A DNA stretch of 64,000 nt, from NCBI GenBank assembly GCA_963809925.1, contig CAWELH010000005.1, positions 87,196 to 151,195 on the forward strand. The letters are read 5' to 3'. The notes below the pieces were generated by a model. The model worked only from the letters and a program-made list of their open reading frames with translations. It was not told where the DNA came from and made no database searches. Within the stretch, counting starts at the first letter, position 1, and each line of letters starts with the position of its first letter. Positions 19,807 to 29,146 of the stretch are shown piece after piece. The translations under genes were made by a program, and so were the position numbers. The stretch comes from an uncultured Bacteroidales bacterium (GTDB lineage Bacteria; Bacteroidota; Bacteroidia; Bacteroidales; GCA-2748055).

Positions 19807-21564
19807 TTATTTAGATTCTATTGCCCCGGATGAATAAACGATTTTCCCGCCAACAATGGTCAATTCAGCCTTGATGTCCCGGATCCGGTCAACCGGGCAG
19901 GTCAGAATATCATCAGAAAGAATCGCAATATCAGCCAGTTTTCCTGCTTCGAGCGAGCCTTTGATGGATTCTTCGAAAGATCCCCAGGCATTGTTTATTG
20001 TATACGTTTTTAATGCTTCCTGCCTGCTTACAGCTTCCTCCGGTACAACTACATTTCCGTTTTCGGTTGTACGGGTTACCATTGTCCACATAGCCAGGAA
20101 GGGATTGTAAGGGTTGATGGATTTGTCGGCATCAAATTTTACCATATGGTCAGAACCCCCGTTAACCATAACTCCTGCATCCATCAGAGAACGGTAAGGC
20201 ATAAAGGTTTTTATTCGTTCATCGCCAAGAATATACTTCATGGCATCGGCATCTTTGTAGAACCATGCGGCCTGCATATCTGCATATACTCCCAGTTTTT
20301 TCATCCTTTCTATGGCATCAGGGGTAAAGAAATTCCCATGAATAATGGAAAACCGCAAATCTTTGACAGGATATGTTCTGTTCACTTCCTCATAAACATC
20401 CAGTAGCCTGTCCACACCTCCTCCGCCGGTACAATGTGCGGTGAATTTCCATCCCAGGCCGGCGGCGGTCTTTACTATTGGAACAAGGTCGTCATACGAG
20501 TAATTAATAACTCCGCGGTAGGACGGATCTTCTATACCGTATATTTTTGCTGCTCGTGCCCCCCAGGGCTCACGCAGGTAAGCGGTTCCGGTTAGAATGC
20601 CCCCATCGAGAATGACTTTTAACGCACCGATCCTGACCCATTTATCCCCGTCGCCTGTCTTAAAGTCAAGATTTTTCACTTCGTCAACCAGTGTATCTTT
20701 GTTCTGCCCTGAGAACAAGGGCAGGAGGATATTAATAAAAACCCGTGCTGTCAGATCTCCATGGTTCTCCAGTTCCTGGTACAGTTTCCTGGAATTTGCA
20801 TTCCCCGCCCCTTCACATACACTTGTAATTCCATAGCTGTTGTACCGTTTAAGCATGTTAACGAGTGCTTCCTCCTTTTCTTTGTCCGAATACCTGTCAG
20901 AAGTCGGAATCTTCAACAATTCGAAGGCAGATCGTTTCAACAGGCCGGTGAGACGGCCGGTATGTTTATCACGTATAAGCCCCTGATGTCTTGTAGCAGA
21001 AGTAATTCCCGAAATTCTCATGGCTGCCGTATTTATTACACCTCCATATGAACCATCCAGAAACACCGGATTGTCAGGTGCAACAGAATCAAGTTCCTTC
21101 AGGGTGGGCGGCCTCATATCGAGGAGCCGGGTGTAAAAGAATTTCGGAAAGATGATCCACTCCCCGTCGGCTTTCTTACCTGCCTGGTCAGTGATCCAAT
21201 CCAGGAGGGCTTGAATTGTATGAACGTCAGGGATCTCATCGGTCAGTTCACTCAGCGAGGCTGACTGGGGATGAAGATGCCCCTCTATCAGACCAGGGAG
21301 GACAGTCCTTCCACCGGCATCAATAACTTTTGTCTGATTTCCTATATATCTGTTGATCATCTTTGCAGAGCCAACCGCAAGGATACTGTCACCTTTGACG
21401 GCCATGGCTTCAGCGATGTCAAAATCCTGATCGACCGTAACAATCTTCCCATTGATGATCACAAAATCAGCATATTCCCTGGTTATGCATGAGGATGTAA
21501 AAAACAAGGTAAACAAGCTCAGAATTACAATCCGCTTCCAGACATGTTTTTTTATTTCCATCAT
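19807..21564 (-). CDS. Amidohydrolase-3 (YtcJ-like) metallo-hydrolase, lipoprotein
   Basis: Lipobox TSSC; PGLIEGHLH; KVILDG; AHCTG; IIHG; GGSDH; GSLEAGKLADIAIL. Confidence 0.88.
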   Translation of the reverse strand: MMEIKKHVWKRIVILSLFTLFFTSSCITREYADFVIINGKIVTVDQDFDIAEAMAVKGDSILAVGSAKMINRYIGNQTKVIDAGGRTVLPGLIEGHLHPQSASLSELTDEIPDVHTIQALLDWITDQAGKKADGEWIIFPKFFYTRLLDMRPPTLKELDSVAPDNPVFLDGSYGGVINTAAMRISGITSATRHQGLIRDKHTGRLTGLLKRSAFELLKIPTSDRYSDKEKEEALVNMLKRYNSYGITSVCEGAGNANSRKLYQELENHGDLTARVFINILLPLFSGQNKDTLVDEVKNLDFKTGDGDKWVRIGALKVILDGGILTGTAYLREPWGARAAKIYGIEDPSYRGVINYSYDDLVPIVKTAAGLGWKFTAHCTGGGGVDRLLDVYEEVNRTYPVKDLRFSIIHGNFFTPDAIERMKKLGVYADMQAAWFYKDADAMKYILGDERIKTFMPYRSLMDAGVMVNGGSDHMVKFDADKSINPYNPFLAMWTMVTRTTENGNVVVPEEAVSRQEALKTYTINNAWGSFEESIKGSLEAGKLADIAILSDDILTCPVDRIRDIKAELTIVGGKIVYSSGAIESK

Positions 21565-21579
21565 AGATATTATATAAGT

Positions 21580-22446
21580 TTATCCGAATTCTGGTCCGCA
21601 AATGAGATATTGTAGAGCTGGAATACCAGGATAAGGATTATCCCCCATGTACATCCGGGTAAAAGAGCGTTGTCTGGTAAATCCGATGGATTCGAGCCAT
21701 CTGAAAAGTTCTGTCTGTACCGCAGGGACATCCACAACGATCGGGCTGTTGCCAAGGTCGTTCAGGACTGCCATAATCAGATTTTGCGCAGACTGAACAT
21801 CGGGTGCAGATACCGGACCCACCTGAATAAAACGGGAACCTCTTCTCCCGAGAATAAAACCAGTGACATGATCCCCAGATTTCAACACACGGCATAATTC
21901 CTGACTATTTTGGACCAGTTCCCTGATAAGGTCCCCCCTGCCGGCTCCAAAGACGTCGTTATCAAGGGATATTACCGCTTCAATATTTTCATTTTTAACC
22001 GGTTCGGTAGCCATGGTGTTTTCATGTTTTCCCAATGCAGCATCCTTTCCCATCCTGGTCATCCGGTGAATGTCATATTCATCCAGAAAGCCCAGTTTGC
22101 GATAAACCGGGTGACCTGCCGGGGTGGCATCAAGCTTGATGGACGGACAATCGTTAAGGAGGTCAAACGTTTCCAGCAGCAATTTTTTACTTATCCCTCT
22201 TCCTCGGTATTCACGATCAACGAGGACCATCCCAATCCATGCAATCAGGTTTTCGTAAATGACAGCGGTGGTGGTTCCAACAACTTTTTCGTCGACTTTT
22301 GCAACCAGACATATATTTTGCTTACCATCCAGAAGAATCTGCCAGTCTTTTTCTGTCTGGTTCCAGTTTTCCGAAGAAGAGAGTCGTAGACCCTCCGGTA
22401 AATCGGAAATCTGCATACCGGCAATTGTTGTCAGGGAAGCCTCCAT
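21580..22446 (-). CDS. GNAT N-acetyltransferase (YitH/HolE-like, tandem domain)
   Basis: WIGMVLVDREYRGRGISKKL, LDATPAGHPVYRKLGF, C-terminal GPEFG. Confidence 0.85.
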   Translation of the reverse strand: MEASLTTIAGMQISDLPEGLRLSSSENWNQTEKDWQILLDGKQNICLVAKVDEKVVGTTTAVIYENLIAWIGMVLVDREYRGRGISKKLLLETFDLLNDCPSIKLDATPAGHPVYRKLGFLDEYDIHRMTRMGKDAALGKHENTMATEPVKNENIEAVISLDNDVFGAGRGDLIRELVQNSQELCRVLKSGDHVTGFILGRRGSRFIQVGPVSAPDVQSAQNLIMAVLNDLGNSPIVVDVPAVQTELFRWLESIGFTRQRSFTRMYMGDNPYPGIPALQYLICGPEFG

Positions 22447-22822
22447 CTGCCTGTTCCTTACTTCATTTCAACATTCCTGTTTTACTGTCTGTTGAGACAG
22501 CTAATTTACCAATAAGTTTAATAAAAACGAGAACTCGCAGAATTCAATTCCTCGATGTTAAACAATAATTATCTTGATCTGTTAGACTGACTTTCATTTA
22601 TCTTACAACTTATATTACTTTGCGGAAAACAGGAAGCGCTGTCTCCGGCCAAAGAAGCAATCCATTTGCAAACCATCATTAAATGTAATCTGGTAAGTGA
22701 ACACCCATGCCACAATACTGGAGCATTATACTTGGGCGCTATTTACGTTCAAATTACCATGTTTTGTAGCGTCTGAAATAAAAAATTATTCCATATCTCT
22801 TTACATATGGCATGAATTTTCA

Positions 22823-22843
22823 TACATTTGCGCAATCGATTGC
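22823..22843 (+). promoter_or_regulatory. -7 promoter box plus a perfect LacI-type operator for the kdu operon
   Basis: TACATTTG (22823-22830, TAnnTTTG) followed by the perfect palindrome GCAATCGATTGC (22832-22843), which ends 4 bp before ATG 22848. Confidence 0.75.
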
Positions 22844-22847
22844 ACCA

Positions 22848-23867
22848 ATGATCAAGGCAAACATAACCATACATGATATAGCCAGAATTCTCGAGGTATC
22901 ACCTTCAACGGTATCAAGAGCCCTGAACGACAATCCCAGGATAAGTCTGCCTACACGACGTGCAGTAAAGGAGCTGGCTCTTGAGAAAGGGTATCGTCCC
23001 AATAATATCGCAACGTCTCTGAGAAAAGGAACAAGCATGACCATTGGCGTTGTTATACCCAGGATAAACAGGTATTTTTTTTCATGCGTAATCAGCGGCA
23101 TGGAGGAGATCCTGAACGAGGCGGGCTATAACCTGATGATCTGCCAGACACTTGAAGATCAGCACAAGGAAATTGAAGGACTTCGAACGCTGATGAATAT
23201 GCGTGCTGATGCCCTGTTTATTTCCCTCGCTGCGGGGACACGCCATTCTTCATACATTAGTGAACTTGCAACGAGAGGTATGAATATTTACATGTTCGAC
23301 CGTGTTGATGAAACTCTCGGAGTCAGTAGTGTGAAACTCGATGATTACCATGGCGCTTTTGAAACCGTGAAACATATGGTCAGCCAGGGCTATAAAAACA
23401 TCGCCCATATGGCCGGGCCGACGAACCTTAATGTTTACCGCGACCGCAAACAGGGTTATCTCGAAGCTCTTGATGAGGCCGGCCTCGTGCAAAACCGTAA
23501 ATTTATTTTTCCGGATGTCCTCACCCGTGAAAAGTCCTACGAAATCGTTGTGGACCTTTTCCGGTCAGGCAACAGACCAGATGCCATCTTTGCTGCCAGT
23601 GACTTCCCTGCCCTGGGAGCCCTTCTCGCTGCCAGGGAGCTGGGACTCAAGGTGCCTGAAGATTTGGGTATTGCCGGTTTTGCCAATGAACCGTTCACGG
23701 AATTCGTCCAGCCCGGCCTGACAACAACAGATCAGAATCCGGAGGAAATGGGACGCAGAGTCGCATCAATGTTTCTGGAGAATATCGAAAATCCCGGAAT
23801 TAACCGGGAAACCATTAAACCGGAACTGGTAGTCCGGGGTTCAACGTTAAGAACACCTATAATATAA
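22848..23867 (+). CDS. LacI-family regulator of the kdu/TRAP operon (KdgR-like)
   Basis: TIHDIARILEVSPSTVSRALND HTH plus sugar-binding domain. Start moved to ATG 22848, after the operator. Confidence 0.9.
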   Translation: MIKANITIHDIARILEVSPSTVSRALNDNPRISLPTRRAVKELALEKGYRPNNIATSLRKGTSMTIGVVIPRINRYFFSCVISGMEEILNEAGYNLMICQTLEDQHKEIEGLRTLMNMRADALFISLAAGTRHSSYISELATRGMNIYMFDRVDETLGVSSVKLDDYHGAFETVKHMVSQGYKNIAHMAGPTNLNVYRDRKQGYLEALDEAGLVQNRKFIFPDVLTREKSYEIVVDLFRSGNRPDAIFAASDFPALGALLAARELGLKVPEDLGIAGFANEPFTEFVQPGLTTTDQNPEEMGRRVASMFLENIENPGINRETIKPELVVRGSTLRTPII

Positions 23868-23886
23868 ACATTAAATACATATCAAC

Positions 23887-24729
23887 ATGGCAATCAACTA
23901 TGAAATCAGGTATTCGAATCACCCTGATGATGCCCGCCGATACGATTCGGAACGCATCAGAAAAGAATACCTTGTTCCAGGTATCATGAAAAATGATGAA
24001 ATCAATCTGGTATATTCCTTCAACGACAGGCTTATTGTGGGAGGCTGTGTCCCCGTTAGCAAAAAGCTCACCCTTGAACCCATCAAACCGCTTAAATCGG
24101 AACATTTTCTCGACCGTCGTGAACTCGGTGTCATCAATGTTGGCGGCAACGGCGTGATCATCGTTGACGGAAAAGAAATTAAGATTGGTTTCAAAGAAGC
24201 ACTGTATGTCGGCATGGGCGCAAAAGATGTGATTTTCACAAGTACCGATCCCAAACATCCGGCACATTATTATATCAATTCTGCACCTGCCCATACTTCA
24301 TACCCGACAAGGCGGGTCACCCTGGCCGACGCCGATGTGGCTGAACTCGGATCACTTGAAACTTCAAATGCGAGAAAGATTAACAAATTGCTCGTTAACA
24401 GTGTAATACAGACCTGTCAGCTCCAGATGGGGATGACAGAGCTCAAAACCGGCAGCGTTTGGAATACGATGCCGCCACATGTACATAGTCGCCGCATGGA
24501 AGCCTATTTTTATTTTGAGGTCCCGGATGATCAGGCTATCTGCCACTTTATGGGCGAACCTCAGCAGACCAGGCATATATGGATGCAGAATGAGGAAGCG
24601 GTCATCTCCCCACCATGGTCCATCCATGCAGCTGCAGGTACAGGAAAATATTCCTTCATTTGGGGCATGGCCGGTGAAAATCTGGATTATGGCGATATGG
24701 ATGCCGTGAAGATCAATGAGATACGATAA
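23887..24729 (+). CDS. kduI: 4-deoxy-L-threo-5-hexosulose-uronate ketol-isomerase
   Basis: FLDRRELGVINVGG, CQLQMGMT, WNTMPPHVHSRRMEAYFYF, WGMAGENLDY. Confidence 0.96.
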   Translation: MAINYEIRYSNHPDDARRYDSERIRKEYLVPGIMKNDEINLVYSFNDRLIVGGCVPVSKKLTLEPIKPLKSEHFLDRRELGVINVGGNGVIIVDGKEIKIGFKEALYVGMGAKDVIFTSTDPKHPAHYYINSAPAHTSYPTRRVTLADADVAELGSLETSNARKINKLLVNSVIQTCQLQMGMTELKTGSVWNTMPPHVHSRRMEAYFYFEVPDDQAICHFMGEPQQTRHIWMQNEEAVISPPWSIHAAAGTGKYSFIWGMAGENLDYGDMDAVKINEIR

Positions 24730-24771
24730 CCGGAAATAAATGCAGAAATAGTAACCTTAATACACCATCCT

Positions 24772-25560
24772 ATGTCACTTGAATTATTCAGTCTGAAAGG
24801 TAAACGGGCACTGGTCACCGGCGGTACCCATGGCCTGGGCATGGCCATTGCAAAAGGTCTTGCCGATGCCGGTGCGGAACTCATTGTCAATGATATCTTT
24901 TCTGAAAAACTTGAAAAGGCAGCGGCCGGATACAAAGCAGACGGGATCAATGTCCATACTTACCTTTTCGATGTCACAAAGGAAGATCAGGTTATTACCT
25001 ATGTCGCCAAAATGGAGAAGGAAGTGGGCCCCATTGATATCCTGGTAAACAATGCAGGTATCATTAAGCGTATTCCCATCCTCGACATGAAAGTGGAAGA
25101 TTACCGGGACGTTCTCGACATCGACCTTGTAGCGCCATTCATCATGGCTAAACATATTGTTCCTGGTATGATCAAACGCGGACACGGAAAGATCATAAAT
25201 ATGTGCTCTATGATGAGCGAGCTTGGAAGAGACACTGTTTCAGCCTATGCCGCAGCCAAAGGCGGATTGAAGATGTTGACAAAGAACATGGCCACAGAAT
25301 GGGCGAAACATAACATTCAGGCAAACGGTATCGGTCCGGGATATTTCGCAACGGAACAGACGGCACCGATCCGGGTGAATGGACATCCATTCAACGATTT
25401 CATCATCCAGAGAACCCCGGCAGGAAGATGGGGTGACCCGTCCGATCTTGCAGGGACCGCAATATTCCTGGCATCACATGCGTCCGACTTTGTTAACGGC
25501 ATGGTGGTATATGTCGATGGCGGTATCCTGGCCACCATCGGAAAACCTGCCAATGAATAA
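24772..25560 (+). CDS. kduD: SDR: 2-dehydro-3-deoxy-D-gluconate 5-dehydrogenase / gluconate 5-dehydrogenase
   Basis: TGGTHGLG, NNAGIIKR, SELGRDTVSAYAAAKGG, NGIGPGY; directly downstream of kduI. Confidence 0.85.
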   Translation: MSLELFSLKGKRALVTGGTHGLGMAIAKGLADAGAELIVNDIFSEKLEKAAAGYKADGINVHTYLFDVTKEDQVITYVAKMEKEVGPIDILVNNAGIIKRIPILDMKVEDYRDVLDIDLVAPFIMAKHIVPGMIKRGHGKIINMCSMMSELGRDTVSAYAAAKGGLKMLTKNMATEWAKHNIQANGIGPGYFATEQTAPIRVNGHPFNDFIIQRTPAGRWGDPSDLAGTAIFLASHASDFVNGMVVYVDGGILATIGKPANE

Positions 25561-25606
25561 CCGGCAGCATCTTAATACGAAACTTTCAACCTTTAAAATT
25601 AATAGT

Positions 25607-26881
25607 ATGAAATCCAGGCTTTTTCAACTTTTCATCACAGGCATAATTATAATGTTGGCATCCTGCTCAGGGAAAGAAAACCTGACAGCCCGCTTTTTCA
25701 ACCCCCTCGACATCGCCTTGCAGGAGGAAGTCGTTACAATTTCAGCCGAAGCGTATACCGACAGTATAGGCATCATCCCCAAAGGAAAGTTGCCGGTATT
25801 TGTATCGGAAGGCGACACACTGCCATCACAATGCCTCGATTTTGACAATGACGGAAAATCCGACCAGGTACTGGTTTTAGTCTCCATGCCTGCAAAATCA
25901 TCGAAGAAAGTGGAGATCTCATACGTAAGTAAAGACAAATATCCTGCTTTCAAGGCCAGGACAAACATCAGGTTTGCCCGTCACGTAAAAAATGCCACCG
26001 AACTCGACACGGCTACAAGAGCACAGACAGCTGACACTGAGGTGACTTCGACGATCTTCCAGATGGAAGGTCCGGCGTGGGAAAATGACAAAGTAGGCTT
26101 CCGGAATTATTTTGATCTGAGAAACGGTATGGACATCTTTGGCAAGCAAACACCAGAAATGGTGCTCGACAGTGTAGGTCTGAACAGGAGGATTGAAATG
26201 GGAAACGGCCAGGTTGTCGGGGCTAGCTACCACGATATCAGTACATGGGGAATGGACGTGCTGAAAGTTGCGAATTCACTTGGTGCTGGTTCTGTCGCTC
26301 TCCTGAGTGACGATTCACTATATCGTATTGGTGACAATGGTTATGGCACCTTTAAACGACTCTATGAAGGACCGCTGCAAAGTCAGTTTTTATTCAGTTT
26401 CCCGGGATGGAAGGCTGGAAATCAAAGGCATAATATAAGCCAGTATGTTTCAATCACAGCTGGAAAATACCGTTACAAAACCAGTCTCGTCAGCGGAAAA
26501 TCCGGGGAGGGCCTGTCATTCGTCACCGGCATCGTGAACAAACATAGTGATTCACTTTACGTTGAAAAAATCTCTGACCAATACACCCTGCTTCTAACCC
26601 ATGCTGTTCAGTCGGAAGATACCGCGATGCTAAGCATGGCCCTTCTTATCCCCACTGAGGAGCTCGAAAAATACGGGCGAACGCGGGATACCGGTGAAGG
26701 AATTACTGAGACCTTCTATGCGCGGCTGAAAACAAATTCAGGAGTTCCTGTAACATACTGGTTCTACTCGTTCTGGGCAACAGGTGAGCCTGCCTTTGAA
26801 GATTTACAAAATGTCCTGGCTGTGATCAGAAAAGATGTATCCATGATGGAACATCCGGTGAGTATCAGCAGAATTAAATAA
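25607..26881 (+). CDS. DUF4861-like lipoprotein
   Basis: Lipobox LASC after ATG 25607; EGPAWENDKVGFRNY, DIFGK, WGMDVLKVANSLGAG. This family is typically found in uronate/pectin loci. Confidence 0.75.
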   Translation: MKSRLFQLFITGIIIMLASCSGKENLTARFFNPLDIALQEEVVTISAEAYTDSIGIIPKGKLPVFVSEGDTLPSQCLDFDNDGKSDQVLVLVSMPAKSSKKVEISYVSKDKYPAFKARTNIRFARHVKNATELDTATRAQTADTEVTSTIFQMEGPAWENDKVGFRNYFDLRNGMDIFGKQTPEMVLDSVGLNRRIEMGNGQVVGASYHDISTWGMDVLKVANSLGAGSVALLSDDSLYRIGDNGYGTFKRLYEGPLQSQFLFSFPGWKAGNQRHNISQYVSITAGKYRYKTSLVSGKSGEGLSFVTGIVNKHSDSLYVEKISDQYTLLLTHAVQSEDTAMLSMALLIPTEELEKYGRTRDTGEGITETFYARLKTNSGVPVTYWFYSFWATGEPAFEDLQNVLAVIRKDVSMMEHPVSISRIK

Positions 26882-26934
26882 AATTCTTGCTTTCATTTTA
26901 ACTTTAACTATTTTCGAACAATATTTTAAAACTT

Positions 26935-27606
26935 ATGGCACGTTTTAAACGATGGAAGGTTGCCGACACCATGGCTGAACAGGGTTTAATCCCAGTTCTT
27001 TACCACCCGGATGTAAAAATAATGAAGAATGTGCTTGCAGCTTGTTACAATGGTGGGGGCAGGTTGTTTGAATTTACCAACAGGGGCGACTATGCCCATG
27101 AGGTATTTTCAGAAATCAATAAATGGGCGAGCGCGGAATTACCGGAGATGATCCTCGGAGCTGGTTCCGTAATCGATGCAGGAACTGCGAGTCTATATAT
27201 ACAGCTGGGAGCAAATTTTGTGGTGTCGCCGGTATTAAAAGAAGATATGGCCATCACCTGCAATCGAAGAAAGATTTTATGGATGCCGGGATGCGGAACA
27301 CTTTCCGAGATTTCAAGAGCTGAGGAGCTCGGCGCCGAGATCGTGAAAATCTTTCCCGGAGCTGCTGTTGGTGGACCCAATTTTGTAAAAGCGATACTGG
27401 GACCTTCTCCATGGACGTCCATCATGCCCACAGGGGACGTGGATCTATCAGAAGAGAATTTACAGGCCTGGTTCCGTGCCGGTGTATCCTGCGTCGGAAT
27501 GGGATCAAATCTTATCAGTAAAGCGCTGATAAAAGATGAATCCTGGAAAGAACTTGAGCTGAGGATGAGAAACACGTTGTCGCTGATCCGCAAAATACGG
27601 GGTTGA
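26935..27606 (+). CDS. eda: KHG/KDPG aldolase
   Basis: FEFTNRG, GAGSV, FVVSP, PGCGTLSEI, VKIFPG (Schiff-base Lys), IMPTG. Confidence 0.92.
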   Translation: MARFKRWKVADTMAEQGLIPVLYHPDVKIMKNVLAACYNGGGRLFEFTNRGDYAHEVFSEINKWASAELPEMILGAGSVIDAGTASLYIQLGANFVVSPVLKEDMAITCNRRKILWMPGCGTLSEISRAEELGAEIVKIFPGAAVGGPNFVKAILGPSPWTSIMPTGDVDLSEENLQAWFRAGVSCVGMGSNLISKALIKDESWKELELRMRNTLSLIRKIRG

Positions 27607-27622
27607 CAAGGAGGAAAACATT

Positions 27623-28597
27623 ATGAGAAAAATCTTTTTTGTGGTTATCCTTATGAGTATAACACTTTTGTCGTGCTCGCATAAGGAAAAAGCAAAAGTT
27701 CTGAAGCTCGCTCACGGTCTCGACCCCTCTCACCCTGTCCATAAGGCAATGCTTTACATGGCCGAACGTTGCAATGAACTCTCAGGTGGAAAACTTCAGA
27801 TACAAATCTACCCGTCAGGGCAACTCGGTTCAGAACAACAATGTGTTGAACTCCTCCAGATCGGCAGTCTTGCTATTACCAAAGTTTCCGCCGCAGTAAT
27901 GGAAAGTTTTGTCGATGAGTACAAAGTACTTGGTTTACCTTATATATTCAAATCAAAACAACAGGCATTCAGAGTACTTGACGGTGAAATCGGTAAAGAA
28001 CTTCTTGCAGCCCCGGAACCATATTTGATAAGAGGACTTTGTTTCTATGATGCAGGTAGCCGGAGTTTTTACACCATTAAAACCCCTATTAATAGCCCGG
28101 GCGATTTGAAAGGCCTGAAAATCAGGGTAATGAAAAGTATGATCTCCATGGACCTGGTAAAGACGCTGGGCGGGTCACCCACGCCCATCTCATTTGGAGA
28201 ACTATATACTGCTCTTCAAAGTGGTGTGGTGGACGGTGCCGAAAACAATCCTCCGAGTTTCTATACTTCACACCATTATGAAGTCTGTAAATATTACTCT
28301 CTCAATGAACACAGTATGGTGCCCGATGTGCTGATCATAAGCCTCAAAGTTTGGAATGATCTATCCGACCAGGAGAAGGAATGGCTGCAGCAGGCTGCCA
28401 ATGAATCGGTACCAAAAGAACGTGAACTATGGGCTGAATCGGTGAAAGAATCACTGGCAGCAGTTGAAAAAGCCGGTGTAACGGTTATATACCCTGATAA
28501 GGAGCCTTTTGCCGAGAAAGTACAGGGCATGTATGAGATGTTCAGAGATCAGCCTAGAGTATATAACCTTCTAAAACGTATCAGGGCGGCGAAATAA
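27623..28597 (+). CDS. dctP: TRAP transporter substrate-binding protein (lipoprotein), probably for uronates
   Basis: Lipobox LLSC; IYPSGQLG; DLKGLKIRV; ELYTALQSGVVDGAENN. Confidence 0.92.
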   Translation: MRKIFFVVILMSITLLSCSHKEKAKVLKLAHGLDPSHPVHKAMLYMAERCNELSGGKLQIQIYPSGQLGSEQQCVELLQIGSLAITKVSAAVMESFVDEYKVLGLPYIFKSKQQAFRVLDGEIGKELLAAPEPYLIRGLCFYDAGSRSFYTIKTPINSPGDLKGLKIRVMKSMISMDLVKTLGGSPTPISFGELYTALQSGVVDGAENNPPSFYTSHHYEVCKYYSLNEHSMVPDVLIISLKVWNDLSDQEKEWLQQAANESVPKERELWAESVKESLAAVEKAGVTVIYPDKEPFAEKVQGMYEMFRDQPRVYNLLKRIRAAK

Positions 28598-28643
28598 GTT
28601 ACGATATCAATGACCGGAAAATATATAAACGCTGAATCATCAA

Positions 28644-29126
28644 ATGAGTCAATCTATGAAATTCAATTTGATCCTGAATAAAATCCTTGAAGCGGTCCTC
28701 GTCTTTATAATGTCATTTCTTGTAATCGATGTGATTTGGCAGGTTGCAAGCCGTTACGTGCTTTCATCACCAAGCTCATTCACCGACGAACTGGCAGGTT
28801 TCCTGCTTATCTGGACAGGATTGCTTGGGGCCGCATACGTTGCCGGAAGGAAGGAGCACCTTGCCATTGACATACTTCTTCAAAAAACAAGGGAGAGCAG
28901 AAAAAAGCAGTTGGAGCTTCTGATCCATGGCATTGTTTTTTTCTTTGCCTTTTTCGTCATGGTCGTTGGAGGCTCATGGCTTGTCTACACCCGCTTTGCA
29001 CTGGATGTAAAATCAGCCGCACTCGAACTTCCTTTGGGCTATGTGTATACGGTTTTGCCAATAAGTGGTCTGCTGATCATGTATTTCAGCGTTTTTCATA
29101 TATCCTTGATTTTTAAGAAAAACTAA
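28644..29126 (+). CDS. dctQ: TRAP transporter small permease
   Basis: WQVASRY, FTDELAGFLLIW, HLAID; four TM segments. Confidence 0.9.
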   Translation: MSQSMKFNLILNKILEAVLVFIMSFLVIDVIWQVASRYVLSSPSSFTDELAGFLLIWTGLLGAAYVAGRKEHLAIDILLQKTRESRKKQLELLIHGIVFFFAFFVMVVGGSWLVYTRFALDVKSAALELPLGYVYTVLPISGLLIMYFSVFHISLIFKKN

Positions 29127-29146
29127 CCCCAATCGAGTCACTGCTT

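Noticed and set aside
22447-22820. Long intergenic region examined for a riboswitch or sRNA
   Set aside because: No recognisable aptamer motif or convincing stem found by eye.
25379-25606. N-terminal extensions in the ORF track (DUF4861; also 9173-9271, 22812-22847, 35763-35894, 38747-38815 and 60644-60700)
   Set aside because: They overlap neighbouring genes or promoter/operator sites. Downstream ATGs give proper signal peptides or family N-termini.
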